Shown piece after piece: positions 14,401 to 29,800 of a stretch of 64,000 nucleotides of DNA. Within the stretch, counting starts at the first letter, position 1. Each line of letters starts with the position of its first letter. A program made the position numbers and the translations under genes. The notes under the pieces are model-generated. The model was not told the DNA's origin and made no database searches. It saw only the letters and a list, made by a program, of their open reading frames with translations. Where the stretch lies: positions 1,766,902-1,830,901 of the forward strand of contig CM082585.2 of NCBI GenBank assembly GCA_040954595.2, written 5' to 3'. Source of the stretch: Balanoglossus misakiensis. Its lineage: Eukaryota; Animalia; Hemichordata.

Positions 14401-17400
14401 CCTCGTTTATTTACCGAATTCTGTTGTGAGGCGCAGAACACGTAATAGGTCTATGCGCATAAGGAAGTTTTCCACCAGACTCTGTAGATCGACGGATAGT
14501 TGTAAAATTTCATGGTTGCTTCCAAATACAGCCTCGTTTATTTACCGATATCTGTTGTGATGCGCATAACACATAGATAGGCCTATGCGCATAAGAACGT
14601 TTTCCACTAGACTCTGTAGATCGACGGATAGTTGTACAATTTCCATGGTTGCTTCCAAACAGCCTCGTTTATTTACCGATTTCTGTTGTGAGGCACAGAA
14701 CACATGATAGGCCTATGCGCATAAGACATTTTTCCACTAGACTCTGTAGATCGACGGATAGTTCTAAAATTTCCATGGTTGCTTCCAAACAGCCTCGTTT
14801 ATTTACCGAATTCTGTTGTGAGGCGCAGAGCACGTAATAGGCCTATGCGCATAAGAAAGTTTTCCACCAGACTCTGTAGATCGACGGATAGTTGTAAAAT
14901 TTCCATGGTTGCTTCCAAACAGCCTCGTTTATTTACCGATTTCTGTTGTGATGCGCAGAACACATAGATAGGCATATGTGCATAATAAAGTTTTCCACTA
15001 GACTCTGTAGATCGAGAGATAGTTCTAAAATTTCCATGGTTGCTTCCAAACACAGCCTCGTTTGTTTACAAAATTCTGTTGTGATGCGCAGAACACATAT
15101 ATAGGCCTATGCGCATAATAACGTTTTCCACTAGACTCTGTAGATCGACGGATAGTTGTAAAATTTCCATGGTTGCTTCCAAACAGCCTCGTTTATTTAC
15201 CGAATTCTGTTGTGAGGCGCAGAACACATAGATAGGCATATGTGCATAAGAAAGTTTTCCACTATAGACTCTGTAGATCGAGAGATAGTTCTAAAATGTC
15301 CATGGTTGCTACCAAACACAGCCTCGTTTGTTTACAAAATTCTGTTGTGATGCGCAGAACACATATATAGGCATATGTGCATAAGAAAGTTTTCCACTAT
15401 AGACTCTGTAGATCGAGAGATAGTTCTAAAATGTCCATGGTTGCTTCCAAACACAGCCTCGTTTGTTTACAAAATTCTGTTGTGATGCGCAGAACACATA
15501 TATAGGCCTATGCGCATAAGAACGTTTCCACTAGACTCTGTAGATCGACGGATAGCTGTAAAATTTCCATGGTTGCTTTTAAACAGCCTCGTTTATTTAC
15601 CGATTTCTGTTGTGAGGCGCAGAACACATAGATAGGCATATGTGCATAAGAAAGTTTTCCACTATAGACTCTGTAGATCGATGGATAGTTGTACAATTTC
15701 CATGGTTGCTTCCAAATACAGCCTCGTTTATTTACCGATTTCTGTTGTGATGCGCATAACACATAGATAGGCCTATGCGCATAAGAACGTTTTCCACTAG
15801 ACTCTGTAGATCGACGGATAGTTGTACAATTTCCATGGTTGCTTCCAAACAGCCTCGTTTATTTACCGATTTCTGTTGTGAGGCACAGAACACATGATAG
15901 GCCTATGCGCATAAGACATTTTTCCACTAGACTCTGTAGATCGACGGATAGTTCTAAAATTTCCATGGTTGCTTCCAAACAGCCTCGTTTATTTACCGAA
16001 TTCTGTTGTGAGGCGCAGAGCACGTAATAGGCCTATGCGCATAAGAAAGTTTTCCACCAGACTCTGTAGATCGACGGATAGTTGTAAAATTTCCATGGTT
16101 GCTTCCAAACAGCCTCGTTTATTTACCGATTTCTGTTGTGATGCGCAGAACACATATATAGGCATATGTGCATAATAAAGTTTTCCACTAGACTCTGTAG
16201 ATCGAGAGATAGTTCTAAAATTTCCATGGTTGCTTCCAAACACAGCCTCGTTTGTTTACAAAATTCTGTTGTGATGCGCAGAACACATATATAGGCCTAT
16301 GCGCATAATAACGTTTTCCACTAGACTCTGTAGATCGACGGATAGTTGTAAAATTTCCATGGTTGCTTCCAAACAGCCTCGTTTATTTACCGAATTCTGT
16401 TGTGAGGCGCAGAACACATAGATAGGCATATGTGCATAAGAAAGTTTTCCACTATAGACTCTGTAGATCGAGAGATAGTTCTAAAATGTCCATGGTTGCT
16501 TCCAAACACAGCCTCGTTTGTTCACAAAATTCTGTTGTGATGCGCAGAACACATATATAGGCCTATGCGCATAAGAACGTTTCCACTAGACTCTGTAGAT
16601 CGACGGATAGCTGTAAAATTTCCATGGTTGCTTTTAAACAGCCTCGTTTATTTACCGATTTCTGTTGTGAGGCGCAGAACACATAGATAGGCATATGTGC
16701 ATAAGAAAGTTTTCCACTATAGACTCTGTAGATCGAGAGATAGTTCTAAAATGTCCATGGTTGCTTCCAAACACAGCCTCGTTTATTTACCGATTTCTGT
16801 TGTGATGCGCATAACACATAGATAGGCCTATGCGCATAAGAACGTTTTCCACTAGACTCTGTAGATCGACGGATAGTTGTACAATTTCCATGGTTGCTTC
16901 CAAACAGCATCGTTTATTTACCGAATTCTGTTGTGAGGCGCAGAACACGTAATAGGTCTATGCGCATAAGGAAGTTTTCCACCAGACTCTGTAGATCGAC
17001 GGATAGTTGTAAAATTTCATGATTGCTTCCAAATACAGCCTCGTTTATTTACCGATTTCTGTTGTGATGCGCATAACACATAGATAGGCCTATGCGCATA
17101 AGAACGTTTTCCACTAGACTATGTAGATCGACGGATAGTTGTACAATTTCCATGGTTGCTTCCAAACAGCCTCGTTTATTTACCGATTTCTGTTGTGAGG
17201 CGCAGAACACATGATAGGCCTATGCGCATAAGAAAGTTTTCCACCAGACTCCGTAGATCGACGGATAGTTGTAAAATTTCCATGGTTGTTTCCAAACACA
17301 GCCTCGTTCATTTATAAAATTCTGTTGTGATGCGCTGAACACATACATATGCCTATGCGCATAAGAAAGTTTCCCACTAGACTCTGTAGATCGACGGATA

Positions 17401-19269
17401 GTTCTAAAATTTCCATGATTGCTTCCAAACAGCCTCGTTTATTTACCGAATTCTGTTGTGAGGCGCAGAGCACGTAATAGGCCTATGCGCATAAGAAAGT
17501 TTTCCACCAGACTCTGTAGATCGACGGATAGTTGTAAAATTTCCATGGTTGCTTCCAAACAGCCTCGTTTATTTACCGATTTCTGTTGTGATGCGCAGAA
17601 CACATAGATAGGCATATGTGCATAATAAAGTTTTCCACTAGACTCTGTAGATGGAGAGATAGTTCTAAAATTTCCATGGTTGCTTCCAAACACAGCCTCG
17701 TTTGTTTACAAAATTCTGTTGTGATGCGCAGAACACATATATAGGCCTATGCGCATAATAACGTTTTCCACTAGACTCTGTAGATCGACGGATAGTTGTA
17801 AAATTTCCATGGTTGCTTCCAAACAGCCTCGTTTATTTACCGAATTCTGTTGTGAGGCGCAGAACACATAGATAGGCATATGTGCATAAGAAAGTTTTCC
17901 ACTATAGACTCTGTAGATCGAGAGATAGTTCTAAAATGTCCATGGTTGCTACCAAACACAGCCTCGTTTGTTTACAAAATTCTGTTGTGATGCGCAGAAC
18001 ACATATATAGGCCTATGCGCATAAGAACGTTTCCACTAGACTCTGTAGATCGACGGATAGCTGTAAAATTTCCATGGTTGCTTCCAAACAGCCTCGTTTA
18101 TTTACCGATTTCTGTTGTGATGCGCAGAACACATAGATAGGCATATGTGCATAATAAAGTTTTCCACTAGACTCTGTAGATCGAGAGATAGTTCTAAAAT
18201 TTCCATGGTTGCTTCCAAACACAGCCTCGTTTGTTTACAAAATTCTGTTGTGATGCGCAGAACACATATATAGGCCTATGCGCATAATAACGTTTTCCAC
18301 TAGACTCTGTAGATCGACGGATAGTTGTAAAATTTCCATGGTTGCTTCCAAACAGCCTCGTTTATTTACCGAATTCTGTTGTGAGGCGCAGAACACATAG
18401 ATAGGCATATGTGCATAAGAAAGTTTTCCACTATAGACTCTGTAGATCGAGAGATAGTTCTAAAATGTCCATGGTTGCTACCAAACACAGCCTCGTTTGT
18501 TTACAAAATTCTGTTGTGATGCGCAGAACACATATATAGGCCTATGCGCATAAGAACGTTTCCACTAGACTCTGTAGATCGACGGATAGCTGTAAAATTT
18601 CCATGGTTGCTTCCAAACAGCCTCGTTTATTTACCGATTTCTGTTGTGAGGCGCAGAACACATGATAGGCCTATGCGCATGAGATATTTTTCCACTAGAC
18701 TCTGTAGATCGACGGATAGTTGTAAAATTTCATGGTTGCTTCCAAATACAGCCTCGTTTATTTAGCGATTTCTGTTGTGATGCGCATAACACATAGATAG
18801 GCCTATGCGCATAAGAACGTTTTCCACTAGACTGTGTAGATCGACGGATAGTTGTACAATGTCCATGGTTGCTTCCAGACAGCCTCGTTTATTTACCGAA
18901 TTCTGTTGTGAGGCGCAGAACACGTAATAGGTCTATGCGCATAAGGAAGTTTTCCACCAGACTCTGTAGATCGACGGATAGTTGTAAAATTTCATGGTTG
19001 CTTCCAAATACAGCCTCGTTTATTTACCGATTTCTGTTGTGATGCGCATAACACATAGATAGGCCTATGCGCATAATAACGTTTTCCACTAGACTCTGTA
19101 GATCGACGGATAGTTGTAAAATTTCCATGGTTGCTTCCAAACAGCCTCGTTTATTTACCGAATTCTGTTGTGAGGCGCAGAACACATAGATAGGCATATG
19201 TGCATAAGAAAGTTTTCCACTATAGACTCTGTAGATCGAGAGATAGTTCTAAAATGTCCATGGTTGCTT

Positions 19270-22200
19270 CCAAACACAGCCTCGTTTGTTTACAAAATTC
19301 TGTTGTGATGCGCAGAACACATATATAGGCCTATGCGCATAATAACGTTTTCCACTAGACTCTGTAGATCGACGGATAGTTGTAAAATTTCCATGGTTGC
19401 TTCCAAACAGCCTCGTTTATTTACCGAATTCTGTTGTGAGGCGCAGAACACATAGATAGGCATATGTGCATAAGAAAGTTTTCCACTATAGACTCTGTAG
19501 ATCGAGAGATAGTTCTAAAATGTCCATGGTTGCTACCAAACACAGCCTCGTTTGTTTACAAAATTCTGTTGTGATGCGCAGAACACATATATAGGCCTAT
19601 CGCATAAGAACGTTTCCACTAGACTCTGTAGATCGACGGATAGCTGTAAAATTTCCATGGTTGCTTCCAAACAGCCACGTTTATTTACCGATTTCTGTTG
19701 TGAGGCGCAGAACACATGATAGGCCTATGCGCATGAGACATTTTTCCACTAGACTCTGTAGATCGACGGATAGTTGTAAAATTTCATGGTTGCTTCCAAA
19801 TACAGCCTCGTTTATTTAGCGATTTCTGTTGTGATGCGCATAACACATAGATAGGCCTATGCGCATAAGAACGTTTTCCACTAGACTTTGTAGATCGACG
19901 GATAGTTGTACAATGTCCATGGTTGCTTCCAAACAGCCTCGTTTATTTACCGAATTCTGTTGTGAGGCGCAGAACACGTAATAGGTCTATGCGCATAAGG
20001 AAGTTTTCCACCAGACTCTGTAGATCGACGGATAGTTGTAAAATTTCATGGTTGCTTCCAAATACAGCCTCGTTTATTTACCGATTTCTGTTGTGATGCG
20101 CATAACACATAGATAGGCCTATGCGCATAAGGAAGTTTTCCACCAGACTCTGTAGATCGACGGATAGTTGTACAATTTCCATGGTTGCTTCCAAACAGCC
20201 TCGTTTATTTACCGATTTCTGTTGTGAGGCACAGAACACATGATAGGCCTATGCGCATAAGACATTTTTCCACTAGACTCTGTAGATCGACGGATAGTTC
20301 TAAAATTTCCATGGTTGCTTCCAAACAGCCTCGTTTATTTACCGAATTCTGTTGTGAGGCGCAGAGCACGTAATAGGCCTATGCGCATAAGAAAGTTTTC
20401 CACCAGACTCTGTAGATCGACGGATAGTTGTAAAATTTCCATGGTTGCTTCCAAACAGCCTCGTTTATTTACCGATTTCTGTTGTGATGCGCAGAACACA
20501 TAGATAGGCATATGTGCATAATAAAGTTTCCCACTAGACTCTGTAGATCGAGAGATAGTTCTAAAATTTCCATGGTTGCTTCCAAACACAGCCTCGTTTG
20601 TTTACAAAATTCTGTTGTGATGCGCAGAACACATATATAGGCCTATGCGCATAATAACGTTTTCCACTAGACTCTGTAGATCGACGGATAGTTGTAAAAT
20701 TTCCATGGTTGCTTCTAAACAGCCTCGTTTATTTACCGGATTCTGTTGTGAGGCGCAGAACACATAGATAGGCATATGTGCATAAGAAAGTTTTCCACTA
20801 TAGACTCTGTAGATCGAGAGTTAGTTCTAAAATGTCCATGGTTGCTTCCAAACACAGCCTCGTTTGTTTACAAAATTCTGTTGTGATGCGCAGAACACAT
20901 ATATAGGCCTATGCGCATAATAACGTTTTCCACTAGACTCTGTAGATCGACGGATAGTTGTAAAATTTCCATGGTTGCTTCCAAACAGCCTCGTTTATTT
21001 ACCGAATTCTGTTGTGAGGCGCAGAACACATGATAGGCCTATGCGCATGAGACATTTTTCCACTAGACTCTGTAGATCGACGGATAGTTGTAAAATTTCA
21101 TGGTTGCTTCCAAATACAGCCTCGTTTATTTAGCGATTTCTGTTGTGATGCGCATAACACATAGATAGGCCTATGCGCATAAGAACGTTTTCCACTAGAC
21201 TTTGTAGATCGACGGATAGTTGTACAATGTCCATGGTTGCTTCCAAACAGCCTCGTTTATTTACCGAATTCTGTTGTGAGGCGCAGAACACGTAATAGGT
21301 CTATGCGCATAAGGAAGTTTTCCACCAGACTCTGTAGATCGACGGATAGTTGTAAAATTTCATGGTTGCTTCCAAATACAGCCTCGTTTATTTACCGATT
21401 TCTGTTGTGATGCGCATAACACATAGATAGGCCTATGCGCATAAGAACGTTTTCCACTAGACTCTGTAGATCGACGGATAGTTGTACAATTTCCATGGTT
21501 GCTTCCAAACAGCCTCGTTTATTTACCGATTTCTGTTGTGAGGCACAGAACACATGATAGGCCTATGCGCATAAGACATTTTTCCACTAGACTCTGTAGA
21601 TCGACGGATAGTTCTAAAAGTTCCATGGTTGCTTCCAAACAGCCTCGTTTATTTACCGAATTCTGTTGTGAGGCGCAGAGCACGTAATAGGCCTATGCGC
21701 ATAAGAAAGTTTTCCACCAGACTCTGTAGATCGACGGATAGTTGTAAAATTTCCATGGTTGCTTCCAAACAGCCTCGTTTATTTACCGATTTCTGTTGTG
21801 ATGCGCAGAACACATACATATGCCTATGCGCATAAGAAAGTTTCCCACTAGACTCTGTAGATCGACGGATAGTTCTAAAATTTCCATGATTGCTTCCAAA
21901 CACATCCTCGATTGTTTACAAAATTCTGTTGTGATGCGCAGAACACATATATAGGCCTATGCGCATATGAATGTTTTCCACTATACTCCGTAGATCGACA
22001 GTTAGTTCTAAAATTTCCATTGTTGCTTCCAAACAAAGCCTCGTTTGTTTACAAAATTCTGTTGTGATGTGCATAACACATGATAGGCCTATGCGCACAT
22101 GAACGTTTTTCCACTAGACTCTGTAGATCGACGGATAGTTCTAAAATTTACATGGTTGCTTCCAAACAGCCTCGTTTATTTACCGATTTCTGTTGTGAGG

Positions 22201-25200
22201 CGCAGAACACGTAATAGGCCTATGCGCATAAGAAAGTTTTCCACCAGACTCTGTAGATCGACGGATAGTTGTAAAATTTACATGGTTGCTTCCAAATACA
22301 GCCTCGTTTATTTACCGATTTCTGTTGTGATGCGCATAATACATAGATAGGCCTATGTGCATAATAAAGTTTTCCACTAGACTCTGTAGATCGAGAGATA
22401 GTTCTAAAATTTCCATGGTTGTTTCCAAACACAGCCTCGTTCATTTACAAAATTCTGTTGTGATGCGCTGAACACATACATATGCCTATGCGCATAAGAA
22501 AGTTTCCCACTAGACTCTGTAGATCGACGGATAGTTCTAAAATTTCCATGATTGCTTCCAAACACATCCTCGATTGTTTACAAAATTCTGTTGTGATGCG
22601 CAGAACACATATATAGGCCTATGCGCATATGAACGTTTTCCACTATACTCCGTAGATCGACGGATAGTTCTAAAATTTCCATTGTTGCTTCCAAACAGCC
22701 TCGTTTATTTACCGAATTCTGTTGTGAGGCGCAGAACACGTAATAGGCCTATGCGCATAAGAAACTTTTCAACTTTAGATCGAGAGATAGTTCTAAAATT
22801 TCCATGGTTGTTTCCAAACACAGCCTCGTTCATTTACAAAATTCTGTTGTGATGCGCAGAACACATATATAGGCCTATGCGCATATGAACGTTTTCCACT
22901 ATACTCCGTAGATCGACAGATAGTTCTAAAATTTCCAATGTTGCTTCCAAACAAAGCCTCGTTTGTTTACAAAATTATGTTGTGATGTGCATAACACATG
23001 ATAGCATATGCGCATATGAACGTTTTCCACTATACTCTGTAGATCGAGAGATAGTTCTAAAATTTCCACGGTTGCTTCCAAACAAAGCCTCGTTTGTTTA
23101 CAAAATTCTGTTGTGATGCGCAGAACACATATATAGGCCTATGCGCATAATAACGTTTTCCACTAGACTCTGTAGATCGACGGATAGTTGTAAAATTTCC
23201 ATGGTTGCTTCCAAACAGCCTCGTTTATTTACCGAATTCTGTTGTGAGGCGCAGAACACATAGATAGGCATATGTGCATAAGAAAGTTTTCCACTATAGA
23301 CTCTGTAGATCGAGAGATAGTTCTAAAATGTCCATGGTTGCTACCAAACACAGCCTCGTTTGTTTACAAAATTCTGTTGTGATGCGCAGAACACATATAT
23401 AGGCCTATGCGCATAAGAACGTTTCCACTAGACTCTGTAGATCGACGGATAGCTGTAAAATTTCCATGGTTGCTTCCAAACAGCCTCGTTTATTTACCGA
23501 TTTCTGTTGTGAGGCGCAGAACACATGATAGGCCTATGCGCATGAGACATTTTTCCACTAGACTCTGTAGATCGACGGATAGTTGTAAAATTTCATGGTT
23601 GCTTCCAAATACAGCCTCGTTTATTTAGCGATTTCTGTTGTGATGCGCATAACACATAGATAGGCCTATGCGCATAAGAACGTTTTCCACTAGACTTTGT
23701 AGATCGACGGATAGTTGTACAATGTCCATGGTTGCTTCCAAACAGCCTCGTTTATTTACCGAATTCTGTTGTGAGGCGCAGAACACGTAATAGGTCTATG
23801 CGCATAAGGAAGTTTTCCACCAGACTCTGTAGATCGACGGATAGTTGTAAAATTTCATGGTTGCTTCCAAATACAGCCTCGTTTATTTACCGATTTCTGT
23901 TGTGATGCGCATAACACATAGATAGGCCTATGCGCATAAGGAAGTTTTCCACCAGACTCTGTAGATCGACGGATAGTTGTACAATTTCCATGGTTGCTTC
24001 CAAACAGCCTCGTTTATTTACCGATTTCTGTTGTGAGGCACAGAACACATGATAGGCCTATGCGCATAAGACATTTTTCCACTAGACTCTGTAGATCGAC
24101 GGATAGTTCTAAAATTTCCATGGTTGCTTCCAAACAGCCTCGTTTATTTACCGAATTCTGTTGTGAGGCGCAGAGCACGTAATAGGCCTATGCGCATAAG
24201 AAAGTTTTCCACCAGACTCTGTAGATCGACGGATAGTTGTAAAATTTCCATGGTTGCTTCCAAACAGCCTCGTTTATTTACCGATTTCTGTTGTGATGCG
24301 CAGAACACATAGATAGGCATATGTGCATAATAAAGTTTTCCACTAGACTCTGTAGATCGAGAGATAGTTCTAAAATTTCCATGGTTGCTTCCAAACACAG
24401 CCTCGTTTGTTTACAAAATTCTGTTGTGATGCGCAGAACACATATATAGGCCTATGCGCATAATAACGTTTTCCACTAGACTCTGTAGATCGACGGATAG
24501 TTGTAAAATTTCCATGGTTGCTTCCAAACAGCCTCGTTTATTTACCGAATTCTGTTGTGAGGCGCAGAACACATAGATAGGCATATGTGCATAAGAAAGT
24601 TTTCCACTATAGACTCTGTAGATCGAGAGTTAGTTCTAAAATGTCCATGGTTGCTTCCAAACACAGCCTCGTTTGTTTACAAAATTCTGTTGTGATGCGC
24701 AGAACACATATATAGGCCTATGCGCATAATAACGTTTTCCACTAGACTCTGTAGATCGACGGATAGTTGTAAAATTTCCATGGTTGCTTCCAAACAGCCT
24801 CGTTTATTTACCGAATTCTGTTGTGAGGCGCAGAACACATGATAGGCCTATGCGCATGAGACATTTTTCCACTAGACTCTGTAGATCGACGGATAGTTGT
24901 AAAATTTCATGGTTGCTTCCAAATACAGCCTCGTTTATTTAGCGATTTCTGTTGTGATGCGCATAACACATAGATAGGCCTATGCGCATAAGAACGTTTT
25001 CCACTAGACTTTGTAGATCGACGGATAGTTGTACAATGTCCATGGTTGCTTCCAAACAGCCTCGTTTATTTACCGAATTCTGTTGTGAGGCGCAGAACAC
25101 GTAATAGGTCTATGCGCATAAGGAAGTTTTCCACCAGACTCTGTAGATCGACGGATAGTTGTAAAATTTCATGGTTGCTTCCAAATACAGCCTCGTTTAT

Positions 25201-26880
25201 TTACCGATTTCTGTTGTGATGCGCATAACACATAGATAGGCCTATGCGCATAAGAACGTTTTCCACTAGACTCTGTAGATCGACGGATAGTTGTACAATT
25301 TCCATGGTTGCTTCCAAACAGCCTCGTTTATTTACCGATTTCTGTTGTGAGGCACAGAACACATGATAGGCCTATGCGCATAAGACATTTTTCCACTAGA
25401 CTCTGTAGATCGACGGATAGTTCTAAAAGTTCCATGGTTGCTTCCAAACAGCCTCGTTTATTTACCGAATTCTGTTGTGAGGCGCAGAGCACGTAATAGG
25501 CCTATGGGCATAAGAAAGTTTTCCACCAGACTCTGTAGATCGACGGATAGTTGTAAAATTTCCATGGTTGCTTCCAAACAGCCTCGTTTATTTACCGATT
25601 TCTGTTGTGAAGCGCAGAACACATACATATGCCTATGCGCATAAGAAAGTTTCCCACTAGACTCTGTAGATCGACGGATAGTTCTAAAATTTCCATGATT
25701 GCTTCCAAACACATCCTCGATTGTTTACAAAATTCTGTTGTGATGCGCAGAACACATATATAGGCCTATGCGCATATGAATGTTTTCCACTATACTCCGT
25801 AGATCGACAGATAGTTCTAAAATTTCCATTGTTGCTTCCAAACAAAGCCTCGTTTGTTTACAAAATTCTGTTGTGATGTGCATAACACATGATAGGCCTA
25901 TGCGCACATGAACGTTTTTCCACTAGACTCTGTAGATCGACGGATAGTTCTAAAATTTACATGGTTGCTTCCAAACAGCCTCGTTTATTTACCGATTTCT
26001 GTTGTGAGGCGCAGAACACGTAATAGGCCTATGCGCATAAGAAAGTTTTCCACCAGACTCTGTAGATCGACGGATAGTTGTAAAATTTACATGGTTGCTT
26101 CCAAATACAGCCTCGTTTATTTACCGATTTCTGTTGTGATGCGCATAATACATAGATAGGCCTATGTGCATAATAAAGTTTTCCACTAGACTCTGTAGAT
26201 CGAGAGATAGTTCTAAAATTTCCATGGTTGTTTCCAAACACAGCCTCGTTCATTTACAAAATTCTGTTGTGATGCGCTGAACACATACATATGCCTATGC
26301 GCATAAGAAAGTTTCCCACTAGACTCTGTAGATCGACGGATAGTTCTAAAATTTCCATGATTGCTTCCAAACACATCCTCGATTGTTTACAAAATTCTGT
26401 TGTGATGCGCAGAACACATATATAGGCCTATGCGCATATGAACGTTTTCCACTATACTCCGTAGATCGACGGATAGTTCTAAAATTTCCATTGTTGCTTC
26501 CAAACAGCCTCGTTTATTTACCGAATTCTGTTGTGAGGCGCAGAACACGTAATAGGCCTATGCGCATAAGAAACTTTTCAACTTTAGATCGAGAGATAGT
26601 TCTAAAATTTCCATGGTTGTTTCCAAACACAGCCTCGTTCATTTACAAAATTCTGTTGTGATGCGCAGAACACATATATAGGCCTATGCGCATATGAACG
26701 TTTTCCACTATACTCCGTAGATCGACAGATAGTTCTAAAATTTCCAATGTTGCTTCCAAACAAAGCCTCGTTTGTTTACAAAATTATGTTGTGATGTGCA
26801 TAACACATGATAGCATATGCGCATATGAACGTTTTCCACTATACTCTGTAGATCGAGAGATAGTTCTAAAATTTCCACGG
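19270..26880. repeat. Block duplication within satellite, period 3809 bp (~29 monomers), 2 copies
   Basis: ORF-track offsets of 3809 (20185/23994, 21499/25308, 22099/25908, 22574/26383); shared private variants AAAAGTTCC (~21616/25425) and ATGATAGCATATG (~22998/26807). Confidence 0.9.
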
Positions 26881-29800
26881 TTGCTCCCAAACAAAGCCTC
26901 GTTTGTTTACAAAATTATGTTGTGATGTGCATAACACATGATAGGCCTATGCGCATATGAACGTTTTCCACTATACTCTGTAGATCGAGAGATAGTTCTA
27001 AAATTTCCACGGTTGCTTCCAAACAAAGCCTCGTTTGTTTACAAAATTATGTTGTGATGTGCATAACACATGATAGGCCTATGCGCATATGAACGTTTTC
27101 CACTATACTCAGTAGATCGAGAGATAGTTCTAAAATTTCCATTGTTGCTTCCAAACAAAGCCTCGTTTGTTTACAAAATTCTGTTGTGATGCGCAGAACA
27201 CATATATAGGCCTATGCGCATAATAACGTTTTCCACTAGACTCTGTAGATCGACGGATAGTTGTAAAATTTCCATGGTTGCTTCCAAACAGCCTCGTTTA
27301 TTTACCGAATTCTGTTGTGAGGCGCAGAACACATAGATAGGCATATGTGCATAAGAAAGTTTTCCACTATAGACTCTGTAGATCGAGAGATAGTTCTAAA
27401 ATGTCCATGGTTGCTACCAAACACAGCCTCGTTTGTTTACAAAATTCTGTTGTGAGGCGCAGAACACATATATAGGCCTATGCGCATAAGAACGTTTCCA
27501 CTAGACTCTGTAGATCGACGGATAGCTGTAAAATTTCCATGGTTGCTTCCAAACAGCCTCGTTTATTTACCGATTTCTGTTGTGATGCGCAGAACACATA
27601 GATAGGCATATGTGCATAATAAAGTTTTCCACTAGACTCTGTAGATCGAGTGATAGTTCTAAAATTTCCATGGTTGGTTCCAAACACAGCCTCGTTTGTT
27701 TACAAAATTCTGTTGTGATGCGCAGAACACATATATAGGCCTATGCGCATAATAACGTTTTCCACTAGACTCTGTAGATCGACGGATAGTTGTAAAATTT
27801 CCATGGTTGCTTCCAAACAGCCTCGTTTATTTACCGAATTCTGTTGTGAGGCGCAGAACACATAGATAGGCATATGTGCATAAGAAAGTTTTCCACTATA
27901 GACTCTGTAGATCGAGAGATAGTTCTAAAATGTCCATGGTTGCTTCCAAACACAGCCTCGTTTGTTTACAAAATTCTGTTGTGATGCGCAGAACACATAT
28001 ATAGGCCTATGCGCATAATAACGTTTTCCACTAGACTCTGTAGATCGACGGATAGTTGTAAAATTTCCAAACAGCCTCGTTTATTTACCGAATTCTGTTG
28101 TGAGGCGCAGAACACATAGATAGGCATATGTGCATAAGAAAGTTTTCCACTATAGACTCTGTAGATCGAGAGATAGTTCTAAAATGTCCATGGTTGCTAC
28201 CAAACACAGCCTCGTTTGTTTACAAAATTCTGTTGTGATGCGCAGAACACATATATAGGCCTATGCGCATAAGAACGTTTCCACTAGACTATGTAGATCG
28301 ACGGATAGCTGTAAAATTTCATGGTTGCTTCCAAATACAGCCTCGTTTATTTAGCGATTTCTGTTGTGATGCGCATAACACATAGATAGGCCTATGCGCA
28401 TAAGAACGTTTTCCACTAGACTCTGTAGATCGACGGATAGTTGTACAATGTCCATGGTTGCTTCCAAACAGCCTCGTTTATTTACCGAATTCTGTTGTGA
28501 GGCGCAGAACACGTAATAGGTATATGCGCATAAGGAAGTTTTCCACCAGACTCTGTAGATCGACGGATAGTTGTAAAATTTCATGGTTGCTTCCAAATAC
28601 AGCCTCGTTTATTTACCGATTTCTGTTGTGATGCGCATAACACATAGATAGGCCTATGCGCATAAGAACGTTTTCCACTAGACTCTGTAGATCGACGGAT
28701 AGTTGTACAATGTCCATGGTTGCTTCCAAACAGCCTCGTTTATTTACCGAATTCTGTTGTGAGGCGCAGAACACGTAATAGGTCTATGCGCATAAGGAAG
28801 TTTTCCACCAGACTCTGTAGATCGACGGATAGTTGTAAAATTTCATGGTTGCTTCCAAATACAGCCTCGTTTATTTACCGATTTCTGTTGTGATGCGCAT
28901 AACACATAGATAGGCCTATGCGCATTAGAACGTTTTCCACTAGACTCTGTAGATCGACGGATAGTTGTACAATTTCCATGGTTGCTTCCAAACAGCCTCG
29001 TTTATTTACCGATTTCTGTTGTGAGGCACAGAACACATGATAGGCCTATGCGCATAAGACATTTTTCCACTAGACTCTGTAGATCGACGGATAGTTCTAA
29101 AATTTCCATGGTTGCTTCCAAACAGCCTCGTTTATTTACCGAATTCTGTTGTGAGGCGCAGAGCACGTAATAGGCCTATGCGCATAAGAAAGTTTTCCAC
29201 CAGACTCTGTAGATCGACGGATAGTTGTAAAATTTCCATGGTTGCTTCCAAACAGCCTCGTTTATTTACCGATTTCTGTTGTGATGCGCAGAACACATAG
29301 ATAGGCATATGTGCATAATAAAGTTTTCCACTAGACTCTGTAGATCGAGAGATAGTTCTAAAATTTCCATGGTTGCTTCCAAACACAGCCTCGTTTGTTT
29401 ACAAAATTCTGTTGTGATGCGCAGAACACATATATAGGCCTATGCGCATAATAACGTTTTCCACTAGACTCTGTAGATCGACGGATAGTTGTAAAATTTC
29501 CATGGTTGCTTCCAAACAGCCTCGTTTGTTTACAAAATTCTGTTGTGATGCGCAGAACACATATATAGGCCTATGCGCATAATAACGTTTTCCACTAGAC
29601 TCTGTAGATCGACGGATAGTTGTAAAATTTCCATGGTTGCTTCCAAACAGCCTCGTTTATTTACCGAATTCTGTTGTGAGGCGCAGAACACATAGATAGG
29701 CATATGTGCATAAGAAAGTTTTCCACTATAGACTCTGTAGATCGAGAGATAGTTCTAAAATGTCCATGGTTGCTTCCGAACACAGCCTCGTTTGTTTACA

